DNA of 64,000 bases, from NCBI GenBank assembly GCA_025201805.1, contig MU619241.1, positions 357,600 to 421,599 of the forward strand. Direction: 5' to 3'. Numbering within the stretch: position 1 is the stretch's first letter; each line of letters begins with the position of its first letter. The DNA is from Parasitella parasitica NRRL 2501. Its lineage: Eukaryota > Fungi > Mucoromycota. The position numbers and the translations under genes were made by a program. This document shows, one piece after another, positions 37,797 to 53,778 of this stretch. The notes under the pieces were generated by a model. That model did no database searches. It was not told where the DNA came from and saw only the letters and a list, made by a program, of their open reading frames with translations.

Positions 37797-40700
37797 ATGA
37801 ATACTCAATTAGAAGACTATTACAAGACACCAAAAGAGGTTGCTGAGGCACTGAAAGTAAAGGATCTTCAAACACTCATTCGAGGTAATCATCAATCCTT
37901 TGAAGTAAAAAATCTTTGAAGCTAACCGAGAAATGTTGTAGGTTTATCGAAATTAAGAACACAACTTAACATTGCAGTAAAAAGTCGAGTCGATCCCACC
38001 GAAAAATACACTCGACCTCTTGTTGAATATTGCCAATCATGTACAGATAGCCAGGAATTGAGTAGCTTATGGGATTATCAAGCTTCCGTAAGTCCGAATA
38101 AACATTCTTGCCAGGAGTGAACTGACATTTTTCTAGACCAACATCCAGGATCTGGAGTGCATGCTTCCTGACATTGTTGGATTATTCATAAAATTATGCA
38201 CGACACCCATCGTTCGGTCATACGGCATCCAGCTCATTCAGACAGTATTACAAAGACAAATGAAATACATATATCGAGGCATCTCTTCCATGCGTATCCC
38301 GCACTGTCAATCAACCTATAGATTATTGACTTCAATTGTTGCATTTAATGAATCAACCGCTAGAGATTTATTCACAACATTCAACTTTCAAGCAGAAGTG
38401 AGTTTGATTTTCGTTTGATTCCATGATAAGCTTGATGCTGATTTCAATGTAGGGATTTTTGAGAGCTTCTAGATATAGACAAAACAAAAAGAATAAGAAA
38501 CCACAGAGCTACATATACGGTAAATTCGAATCATCTGGCACACGTATTATTTCACTCGACTTATAAAAACATACACGATGTTAGATCTTCGCACTAACTA
38601 TATACAATTTGTGCTCGCATTTTTCAAGCATGCTGATGCCGAGATAAAAAAGCAAGTGTTAGGAGTGAAAGGACTTGTCAGTGGTGTATTTGTTGGCATG
38701 GATGAGGATGCTTACCCCTTGATTGAGGAAACATTGTCAATCATCTACGATAATTTGATTCTGGATACGAATGTTCCAAGAAGTGTCAAGGCATTCTTTT
38801 TCTCATCCTATATCCTGGAAAAAATCGCCAAGATTTATACTCGTTTTGAAGAGGAGGAGACAGCGCCTGGAGAAACGGGCGTTCCAGCGGATTTGGTGCA
38901 CCACTTTTTAATTTCGATCTGTAGTGTGCCTGACGTGGGTGTCTGCTTTAGAGACACAACATGGTATCCTCCTAAACCCACTAACAACAGTGACGAAAGC
39001 ACCAAGAATTCGAAAATCACAAACAAGGCTTTGGCTAAATTCATTACAACATTGAAGCCTGCGGATGACATTCGACAGCAAGAACTTGCTTTGAAGATTT
39101 TAAGCGCTTGTCCTGAGCTGACACAAGAGTAAGTTTCAGGCCAATTTAATAGGATCTGTTTTTGAATCATATGAGTATAGATTCTGGAGAAATACAACCT
39201 TAATGTTTGAACCTCGTATTTCCAGTAAATGGCTTGCCAATGTCACAGTCTTACAAAAGGTAATTCAACTGCCTGTTCCATCATTATATTATGGCGAAAC
39301 TCGACTTTATCCTACTGAGCCTCCATCCGTTGACACTATCCTCGATAACGTTTTACCAAACGTATTTAATCGGTCTCCAGCTAGTAAAGGACTTCAACAT
39401 GCTAGCCCTCTTGTTAGATATACCACGATGCTTGTCCTATCAGCTGTATTTCAGAAGTATGATAAAGTGGCACAATCCATGAAGAAGGTTATTCTTGCTT
39501 TGGAAGCAACAGAACCCAACAGCAAGCCATCTGAGAATTGGAAAAGGCGTTTGGAGAGTGTGCGCGAGGGGTTACGTCGTAGGGTTCCCGAAATACAAAC
39601 TTTAATAGCTTTGCACAAGCAAACAGCCGTGAAAATGGCACAGCAAAATGAAGTGGATCAAGGCGAACTGAACTCCCAAAATCAAATGCTTCAAGACACT
39701 GCCTTCAGATTAATCCGCTACTATCAAGAATTCGTGCCTGAATCCTTGATGGAATCTAATATTGATCCTGGCAACTTTATTCCGTCGGATATCCTATCTG
39801 TCAAACCAGGTACCTTGATCCACTTGTTAAGGCTGTTTATCAGCATGCCCAACTTCAACTGGACTAGTAAATCATGTAAGTATCAAGGCATTATCTTGAG
39901 AATACGACATGTAGGGAATCAAAAACTAATACATCGAACACTTTAGCGGGATCATCTACATCTCATATCACTACATTACTGACTTTGTACCTTCAAACAC
40001 CTTACAAACATATTCGTAACCTCACAGGAAAGCTATTGAACCAAACTCTAAGTGAATCATTCATGTTTACGCACGATCCCGAAGAAGTGCAACTTTGGTT
40101 GAACGCCTTGCCTCAAAACTTTGCTTCATCTTCCAAAAATCTGGCCATGTCAGAAACACAGCAAGGAGTGCTGCAATTCTTGGACAACTGCATCGGTCGT
40201 TTCACTAAAGCACAATATAAATACACGGATCAATTAGTAGAGCTTGTCAATAGCGTCAATGCTGATCATGCTGAGAACGGGTTCACCAGGGACTTGATTT
40301 TGGCCGGTACTAGCGCAGGCATTGCATCAGAATATAAGCATCCTTTCAGCCCTTTACTACTAACATTGTGCGAAAACTTGAATTTTATCAAATCTGATCG
40401 ACGCCCTGCTGTGCTGTACCTTACTAGCTTGCTCACATTACTTGCGACAAAGCAACGCGTTCCGTTCTATATCCAAGTTGTATGCTCTAAGCTAGATGGC
40501 GAACTGACTGAATCTCAAGATGTAGATCCCCGCTTCGTAGAAACGTGGGGCAAAAATGAAATGATCCATCAAGCCAAATTGTGCCTGGGACAAACCGACG
40601 GCAACCTGTCCAAAAAGCAGCAGCAGCGTGCAAATGAAAAGATCGAGGATCGTTTGGTGCAGCTGATCAAGAGTAGGTTGCAAAATTTAATTTATGGTTC

Positions 40701-43700
40701 CCTTCTAATGCCATTGCTTTCTTTGCAGATGATGAAGTGGAAAGCCTTGTGGAATGCAGAAAGGAATTTTCTCTATTATTGCAACATTTACCTGTCAATG
40801 TCCTTGACCGCCATTTTGAAAGAACTGCTTCTTACTGTCACCAAAAATTGCACTGGGTATTTTATGAGCCTCTTGTGGACTATATCACATCTCGCCATCC
40901 ACTTGCAGGCGACATCTTTTCTTACAGTGAATTTAGACGCATGACAACACTGATTTCGATGGAACAGTAAGTATTCAAACTAGAACACATTATAATATAT
41001 GCTGAAACTTTTCTGTAGTGAGCATATTGCTTCATTGTTAAAAAATGTCCCCTTTGCCTTCTTGTTCTACAATACGGTCGTTGCCAAACTATACAGCCAC
41101 GAGTTCTCTATGAATGTACTAAAGCATGCTTTGGATGCTCTCAAATCCCGTGACATGATGAATGCGATATCCTGTATCTATCACCATTTGAATACGTTGT
41201 TGATGCAAAGTAAGCCTCAACTTCCAGCCTTACAATTTTGCTTTTCATTATTACGGCATGCCATTCACCTTGTGAATCAAATACAAGATAGTCAATGTAG
41301 AGCAGAATTGAAGAGCTTTACCTTTGCTCAGCCTGTACTGAAACACATTGAAAACGAACTGACAAGCCAAATCCTCTCTTACCAGGATTTAGCTAGTTTT
41401 CCATCAGTCGCCGATCTCTCATACATTGAGCTAGCAACCTCGTTTATGGACATCTTTGGTCAAGGGTCAAGCGCAAAGACATTGCTTGATTGCATTATTC
41501 GCGTGGATTTTCAAGGGCTTTATACATACAGCAAAAAAGTTGCCAAAAACATTCGTATCAACGATACAATGAAAAAGCTCTTGATTGTTCTTGTCGAGTA
41601 CATGTACAGCTCGTCCCAAGAGCTGACTATTCCTAGCAAAGCGTTTGAAATTATCACACAACTTTGGAAGCAGGGTACGACTGAAGAGTTCAATCTGGAG
41701 GTGTTGTCTTTGTTAGAGTTGAGTATAGCCAAGGAACAACGCAATAACAACGAAGCCGAAAGACATGCTGTGCATGTTCTCCTAGAAGCTTGCTGTGAGC
41801 CTATTATCAGGCACATCTTGGCAGGCAACACCTGTATTATTGATGTCGATGTATTGCGCTCTTCATGCATTGCTTCGTCTGTGGACGTGCCCAGCATAGT
41901 GGTGAATAGCTTGACTGACCGCCTTTCACTGACACCCAATTTGGTGGATGTTATTCATATCGGTTATGATTTACTAGCCAAAAGCGCTGAGGAGCAGAGC
42001 GAATTCGTTGAGCTTGTCATGGACTTTTTGCTGAAACAGCTAACGGCTGCTGCTGATGCAAACGTCATGTCTGACGAAACACCTGAAGATGCATTTTACG
42101 ATAAACTTGTTTCATTTGCGAGTCTTTTGAGCGGCAACTGGGCTGCGAATCTAAATACTGAAACTGTGCGCGACTACATCTTGACCTGCTTGATGGACAA
42201 CATTGAATATGCTGCCGCTATTCGCTTTGTGCGTGTGTTGGTTGAACATGTGTATGAAAACTATAGTAAACTGGAGCCTATCGAGACTTACCTTCGCCGC
42301 ATCCTCGACCATAAGGACTACCAGCGTTTGACAAACCCTGAAGTGGCTAAATTATTACTGAAACAAACACCAGCAAACCATTTTCAACGCTCTGCCATCA
42401 TCCATTTGATTTATACACTCAACAAGATTCAGCCTCTCATTTTAGCCAAACACCACGGTTTATTGGATCTTCTTTTGACAAGTTACAGTGCCACGACAAG
42501 TAGTACAGACAAACTCATTCTCGAAATCATGAGGTCTTGCGAAAGCCATGGACGTGAAACTATCCTCCCAAAGATGCTAATGTGGGGCCCTGGCTCTGAT
42601 CGTACGCGGCAGGCGCATGCGCAAGCTGGCACCTTGTTACAAACGAGTGCCATCTCAATCGAGACACTCAGTCTCATCGACCCTGCTTTAATGAAATATA
42701 CCTTTACGCATTTCCCTTCTGGATGCAGTCTCAAGCAAGGCAGCATCAATGACACCGAAAATAATGATGTATCGGCTCCAGTGTACGATCCTTCTTTCTT
42801 TATGCCTCTGTTTGCCAACTTGATTTCTTCTGGTGCTGTCGACTGTCGCAAGTTCATTGAATGTAATGGTCTTGGCTTGGTTATAATGGGCATGTCTTCT
42901 ACAGATGAATATATGCGCCATATCGCCTATCAAATGATGGACCAATTTTACGTTATGGTAGACCATGCCCGTTTCCGTGAACAGCCATCGATCATCTTTG
43001 TGCTTGAGCAGTTCAAGAACTCTATACAGGGGAGATCTGAAGCAGATGCCCCTCCTCGAGTCCCTGCTGCTATTTCTGTTTGTGTATCTCACGCATTGTC
43101 TATTTTACTGCATCCTGAGCACTTTATGCTGCCTCATATCACCACTTGGATACTACAAAACCCATCCTTTGATTTTAATGTAAGTTTCTGTGTGCAATGC
43201 GGCTACTCCGACTAACGCTTTTTTATACAGTATGTCCCAATGTTTACATTCTTATTTACATCCTCATCACCTAATCACAGAAAAGAGCGTCTCTGGTTAC
43301 TGTATGTGCTGTCATCTTCCCTGAGAACATTTGAAGATTACAAGATATTTGCTAGACAAAGTATTTTTGATATGGTTGCGACATTTTACAATTCTGCGTA
43401 TGCAGATCAGTCCAGCAAAAAGGCTGTATTAGAGGTAATAAGATCACGCCATTCGCTTTGTACGCAGTCCACTAAAATAAAATATAGATCATGGAACAAG
43501 CTGCTGCTATTCCTAGCGTTGCATCAAATCTGATTCAGTACAATGGTCTGCTTGCTTGGATTCACCAAGCAATGGCTCTTGCGTCGGATGAAGAGGAATT
43601 CCAGGCTTGGGAGAGTATTTTAAATGCGACAATGAAAAGTGCAAGCCAAGCAGAGAAAGTGCCAGAAAATATTAAATCTATGCTGAACGATGAAAAGACC

Positions 43701-43721
43701 ATCTTGTCGGAATTAAATTAG
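37797..43721 (+). CDS. URB1: Nucleolar pre-ribosomal-associated protein 1 (Urb1/Npa1), multi-exon
   Basis: Very long helical protein; [97 protein letters not shown] match Npa1/NopRA1 blocks. Confidence 0.9.
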
Positions 43722-44223
43722 GAACAAGTATATAAGAGACAAAAGCCAAAATCATGGCACGCTGCTTAAAGAAGGGATCACATATGCAAAATAAAACAGC
43801 CTTTTTCCAATTCAAAATGACAGTACTGATCTACACTTTAGTAAAGCCTTTCATTGTAGTTTACGTTATACTTATCTTGGCATAATGACATTGTATAAAC
43901 ACATCTAAAATAGAACGTACCTCTGACAAGAGCTACATATACTTTTTTGACATGACAGTTTGCTTGATTTTTCTATTTGTGCCGAGCGCACTTCTTGCTA
44001 GATTAATTTACTCAAGTTGTTGGCTTGAGCAGAATTTACCTATGATTATTGTCCTCATGATGAAAGAGATGTTAAATTACTTACAGGTTGTAGATGAAAA
44101 ACAGTTTTATCCATATTCGAATAGTTCTAGTCAAACAAAGTTTATTATTATGGGTCATTAGTATATAATTGATGTACAAGGGTGAAGTTATATTAGATGG
44201 AACATGTGTTTACGTAATTAATG

Positions 44224-45229
44224 CTACTTTTTAGACAAAGGAGGTGACGGAAGATTTGTACTATGTCGAGAAGAAGACACATTTCCATGAATGATAGGCT
44301 TTGAAGCAAATGGATCTTCTGACAGTGGCCTACCAAACATGGGAGGAGGTGGTGGTTTGTAAAAATTCGACGTAGCATGATGATGATGACGAGGAGTGGG
44401 TAGAGGCCTATTGTATTGAAGCTGTTGATGGCCGTCATTGATTGCAATAGATGGAGGAGGTAGTCGTTCTGACAATGATTTTCCAGTACGTCTACTTTGT
44501 TCCCTATAATCTGGGACATTTGAAACGGCTTCATAAATATCTTCAGGAGGATTTGGCTGATCATAATCCTTATAGAGATGTAAAGAAGACCGTCTGTGCA
44601 GCATTTCTTCTAGGGAAGAAGCAGATCCTACAGAGCTTGTGCTATTTATAGCAGCATCGTGAGGTGGCGAGGACGATGCAGCACTATTTGTCTGATGTCT
44701 GGGTACAGATGAAGAAGAACTCAACATCAAAATTGTTCTCGCCGCGGCTTCATCCTCAATAAGCTCATTTTTCTTTTGTTCTCGAATCCTCTTTTTCTTT
44801 CTCCATGAGTTATGTGTTGGTGTCATTGCTGATAATAGCAATCGCTTGACTCGGCGAGAATGGGGTGATGAAGATGCAGGTGTCGGCGGAAACTCTGAGG
44901 GCAAAGGTCGTCGGGGTTGACGAGGTGAGCTCAAAAAGGCACGCTCGATCTGTTGTAAATCTTCTGTTGACATGCCAGTTCGTAGTTTGATCTGCGCATA
45001 CTGCAATCTTGCTCTCATCAGCTTAGCTATCTGTAAATCTAGTTAAGGCAATGAAAATCTTAATGGTAACCATTATGGTACATACATCAGAAATATTGGT
45101 AGCATCATTTGTTGTGAGCGCTGCTGTAGATGTCGAAGGTTCAGATACACTATGTTTGGTGTCATTTGAATGGTGCTTGTCAAGATCTCTTGGTGGTGTT
45201 ATATTGTATATTGAGCGATCTGATGGCAT
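44224..45229 (-). CDS. Whi5/Nrm1-like G1/S transcriptional repressor (1 intron)
   Basis: LMRARLQYAQIKLRTGMSTEDLQQIE resembles the Whi5 GTB motif; many S/T-P sites; basic NLS-like RKKKR; EDEAAARTILML. Confidence 0.7.
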
Positions 45230-45381
45230 AGGTGGGTAATAATTAAGAAAAGAAAAGATCCTTTAGATGTAAAGGAATTTAGGCGCTTTTTTTTTTTTTT
45301 TTTTTTTCACTTGATAATGTCAGAGTTTCAGCCGACTAATTGGGCATGTTTCTTGAAAAATAGGCTCCTTTTTTATTATTA

Positions 45382-47085
<1,704 letters not shown>

Positions 47086-47314
47086 ACCGCCTGTATGTAA
47101 ATTAGAAAATTAGAAAGAATGGTCGAGATAGAATAAAGAATATGAGAAAATGATATTAGGAAATAACCCAAACTAGGCTATATGCCATATAGCATAAATC
47201 AATACACTAACGGTCAATTTCTTTGTTAGAGAAATCACCATGAATCGAAATTTTAGGAAATAAATTGATTTGAGACTAAACCAGCAAAACACACAAACAA
47301 AAATAATGAAACTT

Positions 47315-48000
47315 GCCACGTAAAAAAATCCTACAATTTCTCAATAACCACCATTACCGAGAAGCTTTGTAAATAAGAAGTATTTGGCATTGGGAGGTAC
47401 TTCATTAATCTCACTGAACTGATCGTCATACAAGATGATATGCGTTCTTTGGATGTTATCCATCCACAACAATTTTCCTGGCTCGTTTACAATAGCTTCA
47501 GTTATTTTTTCAAGTGTAAAACTAGAAGTTCTCAATATGGTATTCAGCAAAGTAACTTTGATAGAGTTTCTGATGTGTAGTTGATTGTATTTAACAAAAG
47601 AGCGCACATCAACACTCAGTGTATTCTGGGCATGGAGGAGTTCCTTTACTTGGTTGGCTGTAAAGGGGTTGATCTTTCAGCTGCTTTTAACGGTGTTGGG
47701 AGGCACCGATATGGCCACACAGTGCTGTACGTTGCTCTTTAGTGGTGGTAACTTTAAAATCTTTAAGTTTACTGCTGTTACCATCGCAGATACTGAAGAG
47801 TGTCTTGCCATACCTTGATCCTTCTGTTTCAGTTACGCTTTAACAAAGGGGGCCATTCAAATTAAAGCTATTTTCAATAGCATTGAAGAATTCTTGACTT
47901 TGTGAATGTGGAAATACAGCAGGAGTAAAATACGGCGTTGTTTCTGCAGTCGGATTTACTCGTGGATCTTCAGTATACGACGAAAAAATTGCCTCTGTTT
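47315..48000 (-). pseudogene. Decayed 5' (rhodanese-homology) exon of the tyrosine phosphatase
   Basis: VDVRSFVKYNQLHIRNSIKVTLLNTILR...HIILYD is a rhodanese signature, but it has in-frame TGA codons on both sides, an apparent frameshift in a T run and a GC at the expected donor. Confidence 0.65.
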
Positions 48001-49537
48001 TTTGGTTCAGAGAGTGATGGAGACGTTATCTTCAATATTTTGTAGATTCTTCTACCGTATCAAAACTCGGGTGTTAATTGTACAAATCTGCTATATTCTA
48101 CTTGAAGCTATCGAAGTGATCTACACGTGTAGCAGATAAAAAAAATTTGCTCATATTATTTTCTGGGCATTTTACCAATAAAGTTTAATGAAAATTAAGT
48201 TTTGTCATAATATAGTACTAAAAGTATTAAGAAAGCAAGATTAGACTATTCATCCTATCTTATTGACATTACCCGAGGTATCCTTACAAGATGAGCAGCT
48301 CGTATTTAACGTTTTATCAAAGCATGTCATGAGATTAGCTGCGACATTTATAAATCCTCAATCTTTGCAAATCCCATAGACAAGTTAGCAAGCCTAGATG
48401 AATTTGAAACTTTTAGTCTATATCAAGCAAGATACTTTGGTTAATATGTTGTAATTAGAGTTTGCAACAGATAACTGTTCCTGAATTAAGCAACAATTGT
48501 GCAAATATTGAGATCAGACAGTTTTTAAGCAGCCAGAAAGATGTGAATTAAGAGCCTACTACCACTGAAACTAGACCAGCATTCGTAATTACATATTACT
48601 AGTGTTGCAACTCACAAAGGGTATCTGATATGAGTACAGTTTGGTTAAAAATGTGAATGTTATAAGACATATTCACAACACTAGCCATTAGTAGGCCCTC
48701 ATGAATCAATTAATCAATTACGGAAAGACGATTCATATCATGCCGGCCCAAACTCAAGAACAACACTATTGATAAAGGCATCGACGAAAAGCAATCTCGT
48801 TGATTCCAATATACTACCACGCTGTCTCTTGTGCTAACAAAGTGCTTGATATCTGAAGGTCAGATATTTTCAGATATAGCAATCAGCCATCAGATTTCTC
48901 TGCTGTGTACTCATTTTACTTGAATGGTATCAAAATTTGCGAGTTGTTGCATGTAATAAAGAATTTTTACCAGTTGAAGTTCATAATTCAGATAAAATCA
49001 AATTGCCTCATGGTCCTATATACTGTACAATTACTCTGCCCCGAAGTACAATGTTGCTTTAAAAAACCGAGGAGTGATTCAGAAAGAGCCATAAATAAGT
49101 TACAAATCAAATATTATATTACCGTCGATATTTCCTGGAAGAGCCCGACATGAATAGATAAATATGCAGACAAGTTTACAGTCGATTACCAATACGTTTC
49201 CATGAATGATACAGCTAGTTCTGAAAATAATACTAGTAAATTAATATTTGCATCAGCCGCCGAAGAATCAACTTTAGTCATAATCTATGGAATATATCCT
49301 TATCCATCCAGTTGTACATTTGACTCACGCGGTTGCTGCCATATGACCTAACACACGTTTTCAAATGTGCTAGATTTCTCAATGTTTGTACTCGCATCAT
49401 TTTGCTGCAAATCTAAGTGGTTGTACTAAACTCTAAAAGTTAAAAATAATGCAGTTCAGTTAATCAGATGGTTTTTTTTTCTTTTTTTTTATGGATACAT
49501 GTGAATTATTGTACTGTGAAGCTGGGAAAATTGGTTG

Positions 49538-49557
49538 NNNNNNNNNNNNNNNNNNNN
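49538..49557. other. Assembly gap (20 N) next to a poly-A run
   Basis: Run of n. Confidence 1.
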
Positions 49558-51644
49558 AAAAAAAAAAAAAAAAAAAAAAAAAGTGTCGCATTTACAGCCA
49601 ATTGACGTTTTGTTACAAGTGTATATTGACGTTTAGTCATAGGCACGTCCTTCAACAAGCGTGGTTTCTTCCATTCATTCTACCCAATACCTATGGGTGA
49701 GTGAAAAAAGCACGAGGAAATACTTTTCTATTTACAAGTAAGCAAATTAGAGGCTCAAATACTCGGATCATACCAGTTCTTGCGCCCATGCTGTAGGGTT
49801 ACTAGCACTTTTTTTAATGTCAGTTTGGGCTTTACTGGGGGGTGTATTGCGAGGAGGGTTGATCCAGTACTGATCTTTTATGGGAGTCGAGTATTGGTAT
49901 TAATAATTCATATGTACTTTTGGAATCAAGCCCAGCTCACACTAGAAAATTTCGTCGTTATCATCACTGCTCTCATTTCCTTCATCGTCTCCTCCTTCTT
50001 CTTTTCTTATATCTATATATACGTCTTTAATTTTATGCTAAATTGTGAGTAGAGCATTGTTCAGAGAGCTTGTGCCACTTCGGAATCTGAAGCGAAGGCA
50101 ACAGGGATTGTGTTAGGCACAACAAACAATCACCATTTAGATTTCTGAATTAATCAAATATTTCCCAGCTCACTGTATTATGGGAAAAAAAAAAAAAAAA
50201 AAGACACATCTGTAGTGTAACCGACTAGCTGGAAAATGGCAAAATCTGTCAAGAAAACTAAGGAAACAAAAATCACACGATTGCAGTTCAAAACAGCCTA
50301 CATTTCAATCCAAGAAATTCACCGTGTCTTGAAGAATGAGCATGTCTGTTTCAAAAAGTTAATTTTATTTACTTTTTGCTGGTTTGCAGATGAAGCTCCA
50401 ATCGCCAAACTAACCAATTATGAACATATCATTCTGTAACACACTACAGCCCATATATGTAATCTAAAGCGATCAGATTGTGATAGCGACAAAAAAAAAT
50501 TAAAAATAAGAGGTATTAGTAATCCAGACTCACAGTTGCTAAATTGTAAATTGCAGAACAAAGTAAAAAAAATTGCGTAGCTGATGTCCCCATGGTTTTA
50601 AATCATCAAGGGGCGCAAGGGGAAGAGAGAAACAAGTTTCAATATCATTTGTTTAAGATAACTTTCTTGTATTGATCGCCTTACAATCCCTTACAACACA
50701 GACAAATATGGCCTAGTCTCATTTTGAGGAGCAAAAATTGTCATTTGCAGTGAGACCAGATGTCTTATCGAATACAGTAGGTTAAAATCAACACAATAGA
50801 TAAGCCGTTTGCTGGTGTCCATTGCTATCGATATAGAGCCAAAGCAAACAGACGAGGCGGTCTCCAGCAACAACCAATGTCATGATATGAAAAATCGTCA
50901 GGACATGACAAATGACCGGGTCCAATGTTAACTGCTAGTTAGCAGTTGAGCGGCATTTTAATCAGCATTCGTACAGCTTTTCCGAACCCGGCTAAAATTA
51001 AATGTAGATGGCATCATTCTACGCTTTTTCTTATTCGGCGATGCATGTCTAAATAATATAAATGAGGAAAAGAACAAGACTAAATACAAATATTAAAAGA
51101 AAAAAAAGAAAAAAGTGGGGCAAAGAGATATATAGAAAAAGAAAAAAAAAAGTGAAGTGATTTTGCAAGTGTAACAAAGGAGCCCAATGCTTGTAGAATC
51201 AAACAAAAATGTAAGTGGGTGGCCAGGAGATTTCCGGGATACTCTGTCTGTAAAGATGAGAGTGCCAAATGTATTGGATATTTTTCTGCGTTAGACGATT
51301 GTTGCATACTGCGTGGACAATGTATTGCGCACGGTGCGATTAATTAGTTTCATCCGTGTGCCCCAGATGTGTGTTGTTGGTCAAAACGCTGGTAAATGTG
51401 TTCGATTATTTTACTTGCGATAAAATTGCAATAGCCGATTTAATCAACCAGTCTGCTCAAAATCATGTGGCTAATAGGTGAAACTTGGGCAATGACATGC
51501 TAGGAAGCGGCATGAAGGCAAGAAAAAAAACTTTTCCTCGCAGTTGAGCTGATCCCGAACGAAAAAAAAATACTATATATAGCTTGTTGGAGACACTGCA
51601 TTTCTTTTCTTTTTTTCTCTCTCTCACTATACAATCATTTAGAC

Positions 51645-53778
51645 ATGGACTCTACCGCTCTCTCTGATAGTATGATCCAACTTTCATTTGACATGGCCAA
51701 TTACTAACATTGATTCATTAGTGCCGTCTGTTCGTCTTGCTTCTGGTGTTGAAATGCAGCAAAGATGGCATCATGACCAACTACAAACTCAACAGCAACA
51801 GCAACAAAAGCCAACAGCATCTGAAGCTCCTCATCTCATTGAATTAGCACCTACCAGAGGAAGTCAAGGCACTGTCATTACGGTTGTTGTGCAGTCGCTG
51901 CCTCGTCAAATCGTCCCTGTCAAACTGGCATTTAATAGTCTTGTCGTTGACACCAAACAAATGCAAGCGCAAGGTATCACTTCTCTTGTTGCCGCTGTGC
52001 CTCCTTTTCAACATACTCACGCTACGACCGCCAATGTACCAATCTCCATATGTATGCTGGACAAAGACTCTATAACCGAAACTTGGCCTGTAGCTGAATT
52101 CGTGTATGATTTCGACACAAAAGACAATAGCACCAGCACTACATCTACACCCACCACACCCTCTGCCACTCTAAACACCGTCACTGACTATAGCTTTAGT
52201 AAGATGACAGGTGGAGTCTCTTCCTATCAACAGCAGCAGCCTCAACAAAGACAAGTAAACTCCTTGGGCAGCTCTACTGGTAGTCCTTACAATAGTTTCT
52301 ACCAGCAGCCTGTCAGCAGCTACAACCAGTACAACAGTTATTTCAACAGCAGCACCAGAGATGTCCACAATGATAGTGAGTAATATTTACCTATCGTTTA
52401 TGTCATAATTTCCTAATTAGCCGTTTTTTTTCTAGAAAACAATCAGTATAGACTCTATGACCAACCCCGTCCCGAACAGCAATCTATGAATCCGTTGAAC
52501 TACAATAGTAATGCCAATTCTATGAACCTGTTTACACCCAACTCTGCTGGCTTCGCGAATATGTTGACTGGACTCGATCAAGGTGAATCTGTGCTCCCGG
52601 GCTCCTTACCCCAAACTCCTCTCGGATATTCTCATCCAGTACCTGCTGCTACTGCTGCTGCTGCTACTGTCGCTGCCGTAGCGCCTCACCACCAATCTGC
52701 ACCTACAACACCAGCTGCCTATGGCTATGGTAAATCTTCTATCCATGTGCCCTCTACCTCGGTTGCCAATTACCAGCCCTATCCCGGGCTTGTCAGCCGT
52801 GCCAATTTAAAGATCATGGGCGATCTCGACTCTATGGCCAAGAACTGGGCTGCTGATGAATGGGAGCATCGTCGTCGATTAGTTCAATTCTGGCGTGAAC
52901 AGAACGGCAATGAAATTCGGTGCACATTCGATCCCGTTGCTCAAGGCGAGCGCATCACCACCAATAGTGGCCATATCGTTGTCTCTTGTATCTATTGGGC
53001 TGAACGCAACGATTGCTTCATCACTTCTGTCGACTGCATCCATCTTTTGGAGTCTCTTATGGACATTAGGTTCAGTGTCGAAGAAAAAAATCGTGTGCGT
53101 CGTAATTTGGAAGGTTTCCGTCCTCTGACTGTCAGTAAATGCAAGGCTGAATCTGCCGATTTCTTCAAGCTGATCATGGGTTTCCCCAACCCGAAGCCAA
53201 GAAACATCGAAAAGGACGTAAAGGTGTTTCCCTGGAAGACCCTCCCTTATGCTCTCAAAAAGATTGTTACTAAATACACAGCATCATCTTACAACAGCAA
53301 AAATCAACAACGGCACGGTGCTCACCTCAAAGGAGCTAACGCTGCCCCCACGCCTCCTACAAATCAGGCACCTGTATCCTATGCCAACGTAAACCAGCAA
53401 GAAAATGGCGTAACTGGCTTTTATTCTTCGCATTCAAACCTTTACCAGCAGCCGCCATCACAGTTTGCATATCAATCTCAATCTCAATCTCAACAAGAAC
53501 CCCTTTCATCCATATATCAAAGCTCTCCGTCATCATCCGTACCTGCATTTTCATCATCATCTTATTCACAAGCTTCTTCTGTTATTGATTCCAAGAATAC
53601 TCCCTCTCCTCGTATGCAATATCCATATAGCGAAGTGTTGAACACCAACACCACTAATTCGACAGATGATTTCGTTGGCTCTGCTAAAGTTACTCCCTCT
53701 CTACCATCGTCACCTTCCATTAGACGCACAAGCATTGATGATCCGCAAGATTATCTTGTAAACTTCAAGGATGAATAG
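51645..53778 (+). CDS. Medusa (MedA/ACON-3/Ren1)-like developmental regulator, 2 introns
   Basis: RRRLVQFWR, VSCIYW, FITSVDCIHLLE, FSVEEKNRVRRNLEGFRPLTVSK, FFKLIMGFPNPKPRNIEKDVKVFPW match the MedA conserved domain; IPT/TIG-like N-terminal segment; TATATATA at ~51574. Confidence 0.88.

Noticed and set aside
2535-43092. Many antisense or overlapping ORFs in the ORF track (e.g. 2535-2879, 6624-6992, 41520-41939, 42483-42893)
   Set aside because: They are shadows of real genes on the opposite strand or in another frame, with no independent motifs or promoter signals
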